A DNA stretch of 63,768 nt, the filler included, from Octopus bimaculoides (Eukaryota): NCBI RefSeq assembly GCF_001194135.2. It is 8 parts of 8 records of this genome, joined end to end, with 100 filler letters (N's around TTAATTAATTAA, not from the genome) between each part and the next. Parts side by side here need not be neighbours in the genome. Positions count along the whole stretch, not along the records: positions 51,535 to 58,568 come from NC_069003.1; positions 58,669 to 62,137 come from NC_068995.1; positions 62,238 to 63,768 come from NW_026407197.1; 5 more parts are not named here. One strand, written 5' to 3'. Positions within the stretch are counted from its first letter, which is position 1, and each line of letters starts with the position of its first letter. Positions 52,886 to 63,768 of the stretch are shown piece after piece. The translations under genes were made by a program, and so were the position numbers. The notes beneath the pieces are model-generated. The model was not told the DNA's origin. It saw only the letters and a program-made list of their open reading frames with translations, and searched no databases.

Positions 52886-53101
52886 GGTCCTTAGTCTGTC
52901 TGTATGGATGTATTCATGTATGTATATCATTATTCAGTTTTATTTCAAGATTTCTTGCCAACAGAGAAAGTTCCAAGGCTCCTTCAGTGGAATTTCAACA
53001 ACATCAATAGGGTATGTTTGTATGTATGCATGTGTGTATGCTTTGTTTTATGTATGTATTCTCATGCATTTTGTTGCATATATAGACATGCTCATATTTA
53101 C

Positions 53102-53375
53102 TTAAATGACAAACTTCTGGAAAGTTTTGCAGATTTTTACAGTTCCAGTGGTGGTTTGGATCAGTAGTCTTCGAATCAGCTTTCTCCTTTCTGGTTTTGA
53201 GAAGCCTAACTTCATAAGATTGATATTTAAGCAGTGTGCTGCATATCCCAGTATCCCAATAATCACAGGTATAAACATGAACTTGTAATCTGGATAGAGT
53301 AACTGTAGAGTTCTCAATAGTTCAGCGCAGGCATTTTCTTTTTCGCTCATCTGATTTCCACGACTGTACGCAGTT
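53102..53375 (-). mobile_element. RLE-type non-LTR retrotransposon C-terminal remnant (second family)
   Basis: EKENACAELLRTLQLLYPDYKFMFIPVIIGILG...KLGFSKPERRKLIRRL...GTVKICKTFQKF*. Confidence 0.7.
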
Positions 53376-53789
53376 TCTGTATGAACATATGTATGAACGT
53401 ATGCATGAATGTATGTATGTATATGTATGCAAGTGTGTATGTACACATGTGAGTGCATGTATGTATGCATGCATTCAGGTATACATGTACACATNNNNNN
53501 NNNNNNNNNNNNNNNNNNNNNNNNNNNNNNNNNNNNNNNNNNNNNNNNNNNNNNNNNNNNNNNNNNNNNNNNNNNNNNNNNNNNNNNNNNNNNNNNNNNN
53601 NNNNNNNNNNNNNNNNNNNNNNNNNNNNNNNNNNNNNNNNNNNNNNNNNNNNNNNNNNNNNNNNNNNNNNNNNNNNNNNNNNNNNNNNNNNNNNNNNNNN
53701 NNNNNNNNNNNNNNNNNNNNNNNNNNNNNNNNNNNNNNNNNNNNNNNNNNNNNNNNNNNNNNNNNNNNNNNNNNNNNNNNNNNNNNNNG

Positions 53790-54058
53790 AGGCTCCGGCA
53801 GGGAATGGTGGCGAAACCTGCTGTACTCTTTCACCACAACTTTCTCTCACTCTTACTTCCTGTTTCTGTTGTGCCTGTAATTCAAAGGGTCAGCCTTGCC
53901 ATACTGTGTCACACTGAATATCCCCGAGAACTACGTTAAGGGTACACGTGTCTGTGGAGTGCTCAGCCACTTGTACGTTAATTTCACGAGCAGGATGTTC
54001 CGTTGATCGGATCAACTGGAACCCTCAACGTCGTAAGCGACGGAGTGCCAACAACAAA
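53790..54058 (+). mobile_element. SINE family E, 3' two-thirds (head in gap)
   Basis: Inverse of 25735-26000; ends GGAGTGCCAACAACAA. Confidence 0.85.
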
Positions 54059-54275
54059 TGTATGTATGTATGTATGTATGTATGTATGTATGTATGTATG
54101 TATGTATGGGTGCATGCATGCATGTATATATGTATGTATATAAATGCTTTAACTGAATAGATATCAGCATGTAGTTAGTCGCCGCAACTCGGCTAATCTA
54201 AGCGTGAAACCAGCGGACAATGCATTCGCATCTCTCATCCACTTTCGTATGGAACGCGCACGCGCGCACACACAC

Positions 54276-54342
<67 letters not shown>

Positions 54343-54777
54343 GCATTACACACTACACTCTACACACTATACACGTACTATACATACACACTATAAACAC
54401 CATATATCATACATCCCTCCACTTAACAACACCTCAAAAACACGATATTTCAGGACGTGAGAAGAGAAATAACCCCAAATAAATAATTTTCAAAAAAATC
54501 TAATAATGAAATCAAAATGAAATGAAAGGAACGCTAACAGCGCTGTTAGATTAGTATCAGACGTTGCACATCCATCACGAAGTGTCGTCTGTTCGGAATG
54601 TCGTCTGTAATCTTATACGTTTATTAAGTGTCAGCTATAGTTTTTGTTGTTATCATCTGCTTACTAAGTACATACAATTGTACACTGTAACATGCTGTCC
54701 CTGTCAAGAACCGAGCCTGGAAATTAATTCCATATTTTGATATATTATCATTCTTTATCATTATCGTTATCTTACTC

Positions 54778-54843
<66 letters not shown>

Positions 54844-55400
54844 AACCTTCCTTCCTTCCTACCTACCTACCTACCAACCTACCTACCTACCAACCTACCT
54901 ACCTACTTACCTACCTACCTACCTACCTACCTACCTACCTACCTACCTACCAAACGAAATATCTACCAAGTCACCTACTTACCAACCACCCACTTACCTA
55001 ACTACCCATCTCTTGTCATGGTGGATTAACAGACCACTGAATCACTATCAGAGAATTATTTGTAGCTGAGGCCGAGTCAAAAGTTTGTGTTCCATTGACA
55101 ATACAACATCGAACGAATGACAAAATTCTTGTGGGCCCAGTCCACCAAGCTATAAATAGGGATCATGAAGCTGACTCAGCTAAACGTCTTCAAATCTGTG
55201 GAACAAGGACCTCGAAAGAACGTTGTACAATCGGATAAGTGCCTGTAACAATAATTGGTTCTACCATATATTAACAATCCAGTGACTGAATGGCCCATAC
55301 ACTATTGATTGAAGAAGGATAAAACGCGAATTTGGACAATGGTGAGTGACGTTAATAGTGTGTGTGTGTGTGTGTGTGTGAGTGCATGTGTGTGGATGCA

Positions 55401-55460
<60 letters not shown>

Positions 55461-55462
55461 AA

Positions 55463-55565
55463 AGTTGTAGGTGGCGGAAGATTAATCAGGTGGGAACTTC
55501 TCGAAATAAAGAGTCTAAATTCGCCCAAATCAGAGGGATTCCCTCAGATCCTTTGGTTCATCAGG
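55463..55565 (-). repeat. 103-bp inverted copy of 56905-57007
   Basis: Four mismatches over 103 nt by manual alignment; embedded within a (TATC)n tract. Confidence 0.9.
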
Positions 55566-55568
55566 TTC

Positions 55569-55629
<61 letters not shown>

Positions 55630-56231
55630 ACTATCTGTCTGTCTGTTTGTCTGTTCGTCCGTCTGTCTGTCTATCTATATATCAATAGATAGATAGATAG
55701 ATCATAATATTTATTCCTTGTAATGAATCATGCATTAACAAAGTTCGATAACCCAAGGGGCTACTATCGACATAAAAATAATGAGGAGAAAGTCAAACTT
55801 AGACATACACAGGAAGGGGGAAGAGAGGGATCCCCAGTGAGGGTATACAATGGTATACAAAGGTATGCAAGAAGAAAATGTCCGATCAAATCAGCTGTCG
55901 GATAAATGCGAGATAAAGGAGGTTGAACCACTTGTGGCACCGGGGAGAAGATTATTAGGAAAAATAGTATACCCAATGCGGATCAAGTATCCCCTGGTCC
56001 CGTTGCGAAGCCAAATAAGATGGTAGGGTTGCCTACTCACCACCTTCACAGACTTAACTCTAGTGGGGTGCACAGCCAATCAGGAACCCTGGATCTGTTT
56101 ATTGTTGGGTGACTGGGTCGACAGGCCCTAATCCCATCAACACTTGGGGTGCAGCCCGACACTCAGAGCTTAGCCCACCGAGTGATTGATCAAGGACTTC
56201 TCCCCAAACCCTAAGGTGTATAACTCACCCC

Positions 56232-57350
56232 CGTGGTAAGAAGAAAAAGATGAGGAGGCAAGTGATTTGGTACGACCCACACTTCTCCTCGAATGTCAAA
56301 ATGAACATCTCAATAATCTTTTTCCAGATCCTCGAAAAAATCTTTTCATAGATACCATAGTGAAGGCGCATGGCTCAGTGATTAGAGAGTTGGGCTCACA
56401 ATAACGAGGTAGTGAGTTCGATTCGTGGACCGGGCTGTGTGTTGTGTTCTTGGGCAAGACACTTCATTTCACATTGTTCCAATTCACTCAGTTGTAGAAA
56501 TGAGTTGCGACGTCACTGATGCTAAGCTATATCGGCATTTACCTTTCCCTTGGATAACATCTGGAGCGTGGAGAGGGGAAGCTGGTATGCATGGGCGACT
56601 GCTGGTCTTCCATAAAGAACCTTGTTCGGACTTGTGTCTCGGAGGGGAACTCTCTAGGTTCAAGCCATGGTCATTCATGACCGAAGGGGGTCTTCATCCT
56701 AGGTACCATAATATCTTCAACAGAAGTACCATGAAACTCTCCTATTCCACAACTTCCAATAGTTGCTTCCAACAGGGTGACTCAGGCTAAGCATTTTGTG
56801 TAGACTGGCTTCGGTATAACATTGACTTCTGATGCTGGCTTTAAATCTGGATCCAACCTGAATCAGACACGCTATCTGATCGGCTATGGGGATGATAGTG
56901 GGAGCCTGATGAACCAAACGATCTGAGGGAATCCTTCTGATTTGGGCAAATTTAGACTCCTTATTTCGAGAAGTTCCCACCTGATTAATCTTCCGCCACC
57001 TACAACTGAACCCCATCCTTCTTCATCCCGGTCTAACTGCCGAGTCCCTGACGCCTGCCCCTACGGTGGTAGTGCATACATACCAATGAAGTATACAGAT
57101 GTTTGGTGGTTATACATAATAACAGTACGCTTTACATAGCGGTCACTATTGTAAAACAATGCATTTCGATGCAACCCGAAACTTAGACACTATCTCATTA
57201 GCTGAATATCTCCACGACTCAAACGGTAATTTGGTTAGTTATGACTTTAATTGGACGGTTTAAGGGCAAGCGGAACCTTACCAGAAAGGTGGGTGGCTGT
57301 GTGGGTTATGTACCAAGGAAGGAGTAAAAATTGTTTTGGCCAACGTAGTG
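56232..57350 (+). mobile_element. Penelope-like element fragment (Neptune-type), interrupted
   Basis: RRQVIWYDPHFSSNVKMNI...EKIF, RYHNIFNRSTMKLSYS, SNCRVPDACPYGG and SLAEYLHD...YDFNWTV...EPYQKGGWLCGLCTKE match my recollection of the PLE linker/GIY-YIG motifs (IIWFNPP, IFNRNTVKxSYS, CNCR..CP, LSxYIW, CxLCLxEK). Confidence 0.75.
56360..56699 (+). mobile_element. SINE family B inserted in the PLE, with TSD
   Basis: Full-length copy flanked by TAGATACCATA (56349-56359) and TAGGTACCATA (56700-56710). Confidence 0.88.
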
Positions 57351-57915
57351 AAATAATACTGCACCAACCGAGTAGGACATTCCGATTCTTGGTTGGAATG
57401 GATTGAAGGACGAAGGATTCAGCATGTTTTCTTCACCAATCACAGTTGGATGTGGAGGCCGTGAGTTTGAGCTTGAGATCATGCTGGTTTGATGAGGCTA
57501 CTCTGCCACATTGGCTCGACATGGCTTGACAGAGGGATGCAGTATTTAAGCACTTACCCAGGAGTAGTTAAGTCGACTACATCAACTCGTGCTCAGCTGG
57601 TACTTATTTTATTGACTCCGCGTGTGTCTTTATGTATGTATATGTATGTACTCAAAGCTGTTTGACTAAGTATTCGTTTTCCTGTTTGTCCTTTTTTCTT
57701 CTTTCTTTTCTTCTATTTTCTTTTTCCTCTAAGCAATTATGAAAGCGAAAGCTGATTGGGTCATTTTATTTAAACAGGAACACAGGTTTTCCACGTTTAT
57801 ATTTGAACTTTTGCGTTTCTGCAGTCTTGTTTGCATTTTATTCATTCCCTAACTGGATGGGCATATGGCAGCCGATACTCAAGATCTTTAGTGAGACACA
57901 ACTTTATCTATGAAT

Positions 57916-58016
57916 GTACCTGATGAGACCCAGAATGTCAAATGGATACGACACATGTTGAACAGAGTCTAACACATAAAAGACAATAGCAGAACGGGTC
58001 GAAACGAACGTTGTAC
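57916..58016 (+). ncRNA. Type I hammerhead ribozyme-like motif, canonical core
   Basis: GTAC-CTGATGA-GACCC(64-nt loop)GGGTC-GAAA-CGAACG-TT-GTAC, with a 4-bp stem I, a 5-bp stem II and a GUU triplet; AATAAA follows. Confidence 0.72.
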
Positions 58017-58201
58017 GGAATAAAGTTTAATATCAAATCCATCTTCTCGTTACGTAATTAATATAATTACCCCTGCGGAGTTCCTGAAGTAGATCCATCG
58101 GAAATATACCACGACTGCGGACGACAACAGGTAGTCTAAACAGTACCAGTGATCTACTCAACACTTAAATACACTAATCGACTTATACTTATTAGTCCAA
58201 A

Positions 58202-58568
58202 ATATTATTATTATTATTATTGCTCAGTAGTTTTATTTTTATAACGTGCTTTCACTTCACTACCGAGCGCAGCTCTGTGCGCCTTGGGTATGTGCTGTGG
58301 TTTGCTGTGGTGCTCTTATGTTTACTGTATTGAAAGTGTTTTGCGTAGAATGTGTGCAGTACCCAGTAGTGCAATTTTCTGTATGTTATATATATTTGTA
58401 AGTCCTGGTGTTTATGTTATGTATTTGTCTGAATATTTTTTTATTATACCTAAGGCACCTACTATGATAGGAATTGTTTCTGTTTTTAGACTCCACATTC
58501 GAGTTATCTCTATTTCCAGGTCTTTGTATTTTGAAAGTGTTTCCATTTCTTTTAGAGAAACGTTGTCA
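58202..58568 (-). mobile_element. R4/Dong-like RLE LINE 3' end with (TAA)n tail
   Basis: LSKYKDLEIEITRMWSLKTETIPIIVGALG...IQKIALLGTAHILRKTLSIQ*. Confidence 0.85.
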
Positions 58569-58731
58569 NNNNNNNNNNNNNNNNNNNNNNNNNNNNNNNN
58601 NNNNNNNNNNNNTTAATTAATTAANNNNNNNNNNNNNNNNNNNNNNNNNNNNNNNNNNNNNNNNNNNNTATATATATATATATATATATATATAAATATA
58701 CGTATATTTATATATATATATATATATATGC

Positions 58732-58771
<40 letters not shown>

Positions 58772-59319
58772 ATTCTTCTCTTTCACTATATCCACCATCT
58801 TGATTGTAGAAGGAAGACATCGGCACCGTGGCGTAAAAAGGAAATATAGATATAAATGAATATAATTTTTTTAAAAAATAGGGCTATTTGTAACCTAAGC
58901 CCGTGTTTCGGTGGGATTCATTCTTCCCGTTTCAAAGACATGTTAAGGAACAGACTGAATACAGTACGTTAATATCACCGTCGTTTACCAGGAATTATTT
59001 CCAATCACCGCAAATTATTCCGAAAAACATTTTTATTTATTTATTATTTTTTTTGTTTACTAAATTCAGCCTTTCCGTTATCAGCCCGCTAACGAAACTA
59101 AATGATTCCCTATCGAAACTCGGACTCCATCTTATCTGCTTATAGCTGCCAGCTATTTATCATCTCTTGGACCGGAAATTTCCTGTCAAACTACACCATA
59201 GTACTTCATTCCGGCGAGAGTCTCTCAGACGCCCAGTCTAAGACGTCTGTTCTATTAATATCTCAAGGTACATTTCTGTCGTCAATGCCTTTCCTTCACT
59301 ATATTCATTTCAAATTTTG

Positions 59320-59518
59320 ACACAGGGCCAGCAATTTCAAGGGAGAAGCTAAGTCGATTACATCAACCCCAGTACTCAACTGGTACTTATTTTATCGACC
59401 CCGAAAGGATGAAAGGCAAAGTCGGCCTCGGCGGAATTTGAACTCAGAACGTGAACACAGACGAAATGCCACCAAGCATTTTACTCGGCGCTCTATCGAT
59501 TCTGCCAGCTCGCCGCTT
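59320..59518 (-). mobile_element. SINE family C
   Basis: CTGGTACTTATTTTATCGACCCCGAAAGGATGAAAGGCAAAGTCG.CCTCGGCGGAATTTGAAC...CTGCCAGCTCGCCGC. Confidence 0.88.
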
Positions 59519-60194
59519 TCTTTCCATCTGTATATCAACACCCTGTTTGTTGATGCTTCTAATAACACCCCACCTCTATGCAGATTATACCACGCCTCAC
59601 TGTGCCTCTTAGATCTTCTCTGCACAATAGTTCCTTTTTAAGTTTATCTCTATAGATGCCTTGCAAACAACTTGCACATGCAAGTGCTACCAGTCGAGAA
59701 CTCCGCATACCGGAAGCCAGCAAGTGTATGGGGTCATCAGGAGAGAATGCGCACCGTTTCGGGGCCTACCTCTCGACGGCATCAATGCGCCCCCCCCCCC
59801 CNNNNNNNNNNNCCCGCCTCAAAATTTAGAGTCAGTATTCTAAGTTAGGATGTTTCGTATACCAATACGTCTATGTAAACAATACACTCGAAGCCCGTCT
59901 TCAGGTGAGTGTTCAGAGCACTGCATTAAGGCAATAATGTATATGCTATGCATAAAATTCAGCATTTACCAGCTGATACTGATATGCCGAAACAATTGTA
60001 GTGATTTGAAATAAAACCTGTTCATTCCATCTTCTCGTGCTAAATTTCCTTGTATCAACTCCGCGGATATCCACATGTATATCCAGTAAAGGAATTCCTA
60101 CTGTATGATGGTGTTTGAGAACTGATACTCGTAAAGGAACTTTGGAAAGCACACTATGTTATTATCCAGATAATATTTAATATTAAACTGTATT

Positions 60195-60330
60195 ATTCCA
60201 CCGAGGTCGAATTTGCCTTTCATCCTTTCGGTGTCGATAAAATAAGTAGCCGTAGAGCACTGTGGTCGATGTAATAGACTTAACCCCTCCCCCGAACTTG
60301 GTGGCCTTGTGTCAAAATTTGAAACCAGTA
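60195..60330 (+). mobile_element. SINE family C, 3' part
   Basis: CCGAGGTCGA.TTTGCCTTTCATCCTTTCGG.GTCGATAAAATAAGTA...GGCCTTGTGTC. Confidence 0.8.
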
Positions 60331-60334
60331 TTAA

Positions 60335-60405
<71 letters not shown>

Positions 60406-60642
60406 AGGTAGATAGGTCGGTAGATAGTTCGGTTGTGTTTTTTATGCGCATAAATACAGACACGCTTTCAATCATGAATACCTTCTTTTCACTCTTAATA
60501 TACATACATACATACAGACATACATACACGCATACATACATACACGCATACATACATACATACATACATATGCATACGTGCATGCATACATACCTGCTTA
60601 CATACGTACATACGTGTGAAATGAACGAAAGTGAGAAGTTGG

Positions 60643-60694
<52 letters not shown>

Positions 60695-61825
60695 CAGACA
60701 GAAGACAGACGGATAGATAGACGTAAATATAAGTATGAGTGTGTATGTGTATATATGTGTACAAGGATCTGTGTGAGTGCGTGTGTACAAGGATTTGTGT
60801 GTGTGTGTGTGTGTGTGTCTGTGTGTGTGTGTGTGTGCGTGTGTGTGTGCTAAGAGTTTCAAGCAGGAAATTGGAGTGGGGTGCAAAAGAAGTATAAATA
60901 AATAAATAAAAAATGCTTCTCCCAAAAAAGCCGGCACTTTACCGACCTAAGTTTGACCCTTAAAGCGGCGACCAAAGTGTAAAAGAAAATAGTGAACGTT
61001 TGGTTAGAATTTCTTTATATTTTATATATTTATTTCTTCGCTTGGGTGTTTTTTTGTTAAGGCAATCCTTCAATCCTTCACTGCCTATCCATCTTCAGTG
61101 TCGACATTTCACACCTATCTGTCAGACTGATTGAAGATGGCCATTCATTTTCATGTCGTCTGCTCTTCAGTCTACGCTCAGCTTCCGTTAGAAAGGGAAA
61201 AAAAGTTGTTTGAAAATTTCTCGTCTGAATGATACAGAGTAGATTTATACATTTGTTTGTTGTCTTTGTTTGGGCCTTAATTTTGTTTTGTGTGTATGCG
61301 ATCTTTTATTTATACGTTGTACGTGTTGAATATACAGTCACTACCACCATCACAACCACAGCCTCCACCGTAGCTGCAACTAAGGATTTTGCTGCTGATG
61401 ATGATGATGCCGCTCATGATGATACTGCTGCTGATGATGCTGCTACTGTGACTACTACTACTACTACTACTACTACGACGACGACGACGACGATGATGGC
61501 GACAAAGCATTTCTCTGTGATATTCTGGCAGACCTCATTGTTACTTAGCTGCGTGCAACAAATTCTATCACTTGAAGAATGATACAGATTAAAATACACT
61601 TATACACGCATAAACATGTGTGTGTGTGCGTGTGTGTGTGGTGTGTGTGTGTGTGCGTGCGTGTGTGTGTGTGTGTGTGTGCGTGCGTACGTGCATGCGT
61701 GTGTGCATCTGTGTGTGTGCGAGTGTATGTTAGTAGTTCGTGTTATGCATATATATGCATATATATACATATGTATATATACATATATATATATGCATAT
61801 ATATACACATATATATATATATATA

Positions 61826-62137
61826 CAACGAGATTGTGGCTCGTTGATTTTTGTTGTTGTCACTTAAAGCATGTGGAACCCATGCTCCATACATCTGAAC
61901 CTTTCCCATCGAGTGAAGATGCTTCTCTATAGCAGTATGGGAGCATTCCATTTTTTCTACCAGTTCCCTTGTCGTTTGACGAGAACTTTCGTGCAAAAGT
62001 TGGTTTATTCGCTCTTCATCGAACTCAACTGGACGGACAGAACGAGGTGCGTCTTTGAGGTCAAAATTTCCATTTTTGAACTTGGCATACCAATCACGAG
62101 CGGTTCTTTCAGCTATGGCACCCCGTCTATACACAGC
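61826..62137 (-). mobile_element. Mariner transposase N-terminal fragment
   Basis: WYAKFKNGNFDLKDAPRSVRP...RQTTRELVEKM...GAWVPHALS carries the HTH region and WVPHxL motif. It ends in a microsatellite; the 5' part lies in a gap. Confidence 0.9.
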
Positions 62138-62289
62138 NNNNNNNNNNNNNNNNNNNNNNNNNNNNNNNNNNNNNNNNNNNNTTAATTAATTAANNNNNNN
62201 NNNNNNNNNNNNNNNNNNNNNNNNNNNNNNNNNNNNNTGGTGGTGGTGGTGGTGAGATGCGGTGTGGAGTGGAGTGGTGTTGCCATACA

Positions 62290-62458
62290 AAAAGCACCGG
62301 TTATATTCTATAAAGCGGTTGGCCTCCAGCTGAAGTAGCAAGGCCAAAACAGACTGTGGAACCTGGTGCGATTCCTGGCCTTACCAGCTCTGGTCAAACC
62401 GTCCAACCCATGCCAGCGTGGAAAACAGACATTAGATTATGATGATGATGATGATGTT
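62290..62458 (+). mobile_element. RTE-related 3' end with (GAT)n tail, diverged
   Basis: GGTCAAACCGTCCAACCCATGCCAGCGTGGAAA followed by (GAT)n; inverse of 7613-7800. Confidence 0.65.
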
Positions 62459-62874
62459 GGTGAAATTCACTTACAAGTCTTCAGTCAGCTTGAGGCTATC
62501 ATAGAAAATCACTTTGCCCAAGATGTCACGCAACGGGGAGCGAACTCGGAACCATGTGGTTCGGAAGGAAGTTTCTCACCACATGGCCACGCCCTGTCCC
62601 CATCATCATCATCATCATCATCATGTTCATCATCATCAAAATCGTCATCATCATTATAATTGTTGACAAATTATGCGACTACTGATTTGTGCAGCCGCAG
62701 CTTGAAGGGGGTTGGGTGGGGGGTGGGGATGAATGGTCATGTTGCAGTTGTTGTTGTTGCTGTTGGTTACTTAAAATAGTTTTTGGCATTTAGCTGTGGA
62801 AAAGGTTTGTAGTCACAACTTGTTTTTGTTATTATTGCGGTGTTATAAGAGATATCTAAGGTCGTGCATATACT

Positions 62875-63084
62875 CTTTTACTCTTTTACTTGTTTCAGTC
62901 ATTTGACTGCGGCCATGCTGGAGCACCACCTTTATAGTCGAGCAAATCGACCCCAGGACTTATTCTTTGTAAGCCTAGTACTTATTCTATCGGTCTCTTA
63001 TTGCTGAACCACTAAGTGACGGGGACGTAAACACACCAGCATCGGTTGTCAAGCGATGGTGGGGGGACAAACACAGACACACAA

Positions 63085-63126
<42 letters not shown>

Positions 63127-63270
63127 GACGGGCTTCTTTCAGTTTCTGTCTACCAAATCCACTCACAAGGCTTTGGTCGGTCCGAAGCTATAGTAGAAGA
63201 CACTTGCCCAAGGTGCCACGCAGTGGGACTGAACCTGGAACCATGTGGTTGGTAAGCAAGCTACTTTCCA
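62875..63270 (-). mobile_element. SINE family A, full length, followed by partial copies to about 63540
   Basis: Inverse of 36042-36424. Confidence 0.88.
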
Positions 63271-63768
63271 CACACACATCTATATCTACATATATACGAT
63301 GGGCTTCTTTCAGTTTCCATCCACCAAATCCACTCACAAGGCTTTGGTCGTGGGCATATGTTTTTTTTTTGTTTGTTTTTTAAGTTGTTTCAGGCATTAA
63401 ACTGAGGCCATGCTGGGGCACCACCGCCTTGAAGAATTTTGTTTTTTTTTAGACGAATGACCGCAGTCAAATGACTGAAAGAAATTAAAGAGTAAGGCTG
63501 TGCTCCAGTATGGCCGCAGTCAAATGCCTGAACACATGTGAAAGAGTAACAACACTTCTTCTGTAGAGCTGTACATCCATGTCTATAGAAGTGTGTAGAA
63601 AAGTTTTGCTGTGTCCATGTATGAAGCATATGTGATTATATATAGATATATGTGATTATTTGTGTGTGTGTGCGTTTTGTAGAAAACTTTTCCTGTGTGT
63701 AGGCACATGCGCCTGTGCGATTTCCTTTATCTTTTTGTGTGTCAATGCATTGTGTGTGTGTGTGTGTG

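Noticed and set aside
25735-56699. tRNA genes
   Set aside because: The A/B-box sequences are SINE heads fused to repeat bodies; I could not build a complete cloverleaf.

Overview
AT-rich, microsatellite-dense animal genomic DNA from a gapped draft assembly. The repeat content suggests a coleoid cephalopod, probably Octopus; this is an inference from the repeat landscape. I could not support any intact host protein-coding gene. Most listed ORFs are microsatellite or N-gap artefacts. The window is a mosaic of four tRNA-headed SINE families (labelled A, B, C, E here), RTE LINE 3' ends, three R4/Dong-like restriction-endonuclease LINE 3' ends, two Penelope-like (GIY-YIG) fragments, mariner fragments, a hAT/Charlie deletion derivative with a TSD, and a 602-bp palindromic MITE-like element centred on telomeric repeats. 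The strongest unannotated signal is a set of type I hammerhead-ribozyme-like motifs: four well-formed (766, 37232, 37451, 57916) plus several decayed ones. These include a repeat in which a tRNA-like Pol III head is joined to a hammerhead-bearing tail. By eye, CpG content rises sharply near 15 kb. All motif calls, alignments and RNA folds were done by eye.
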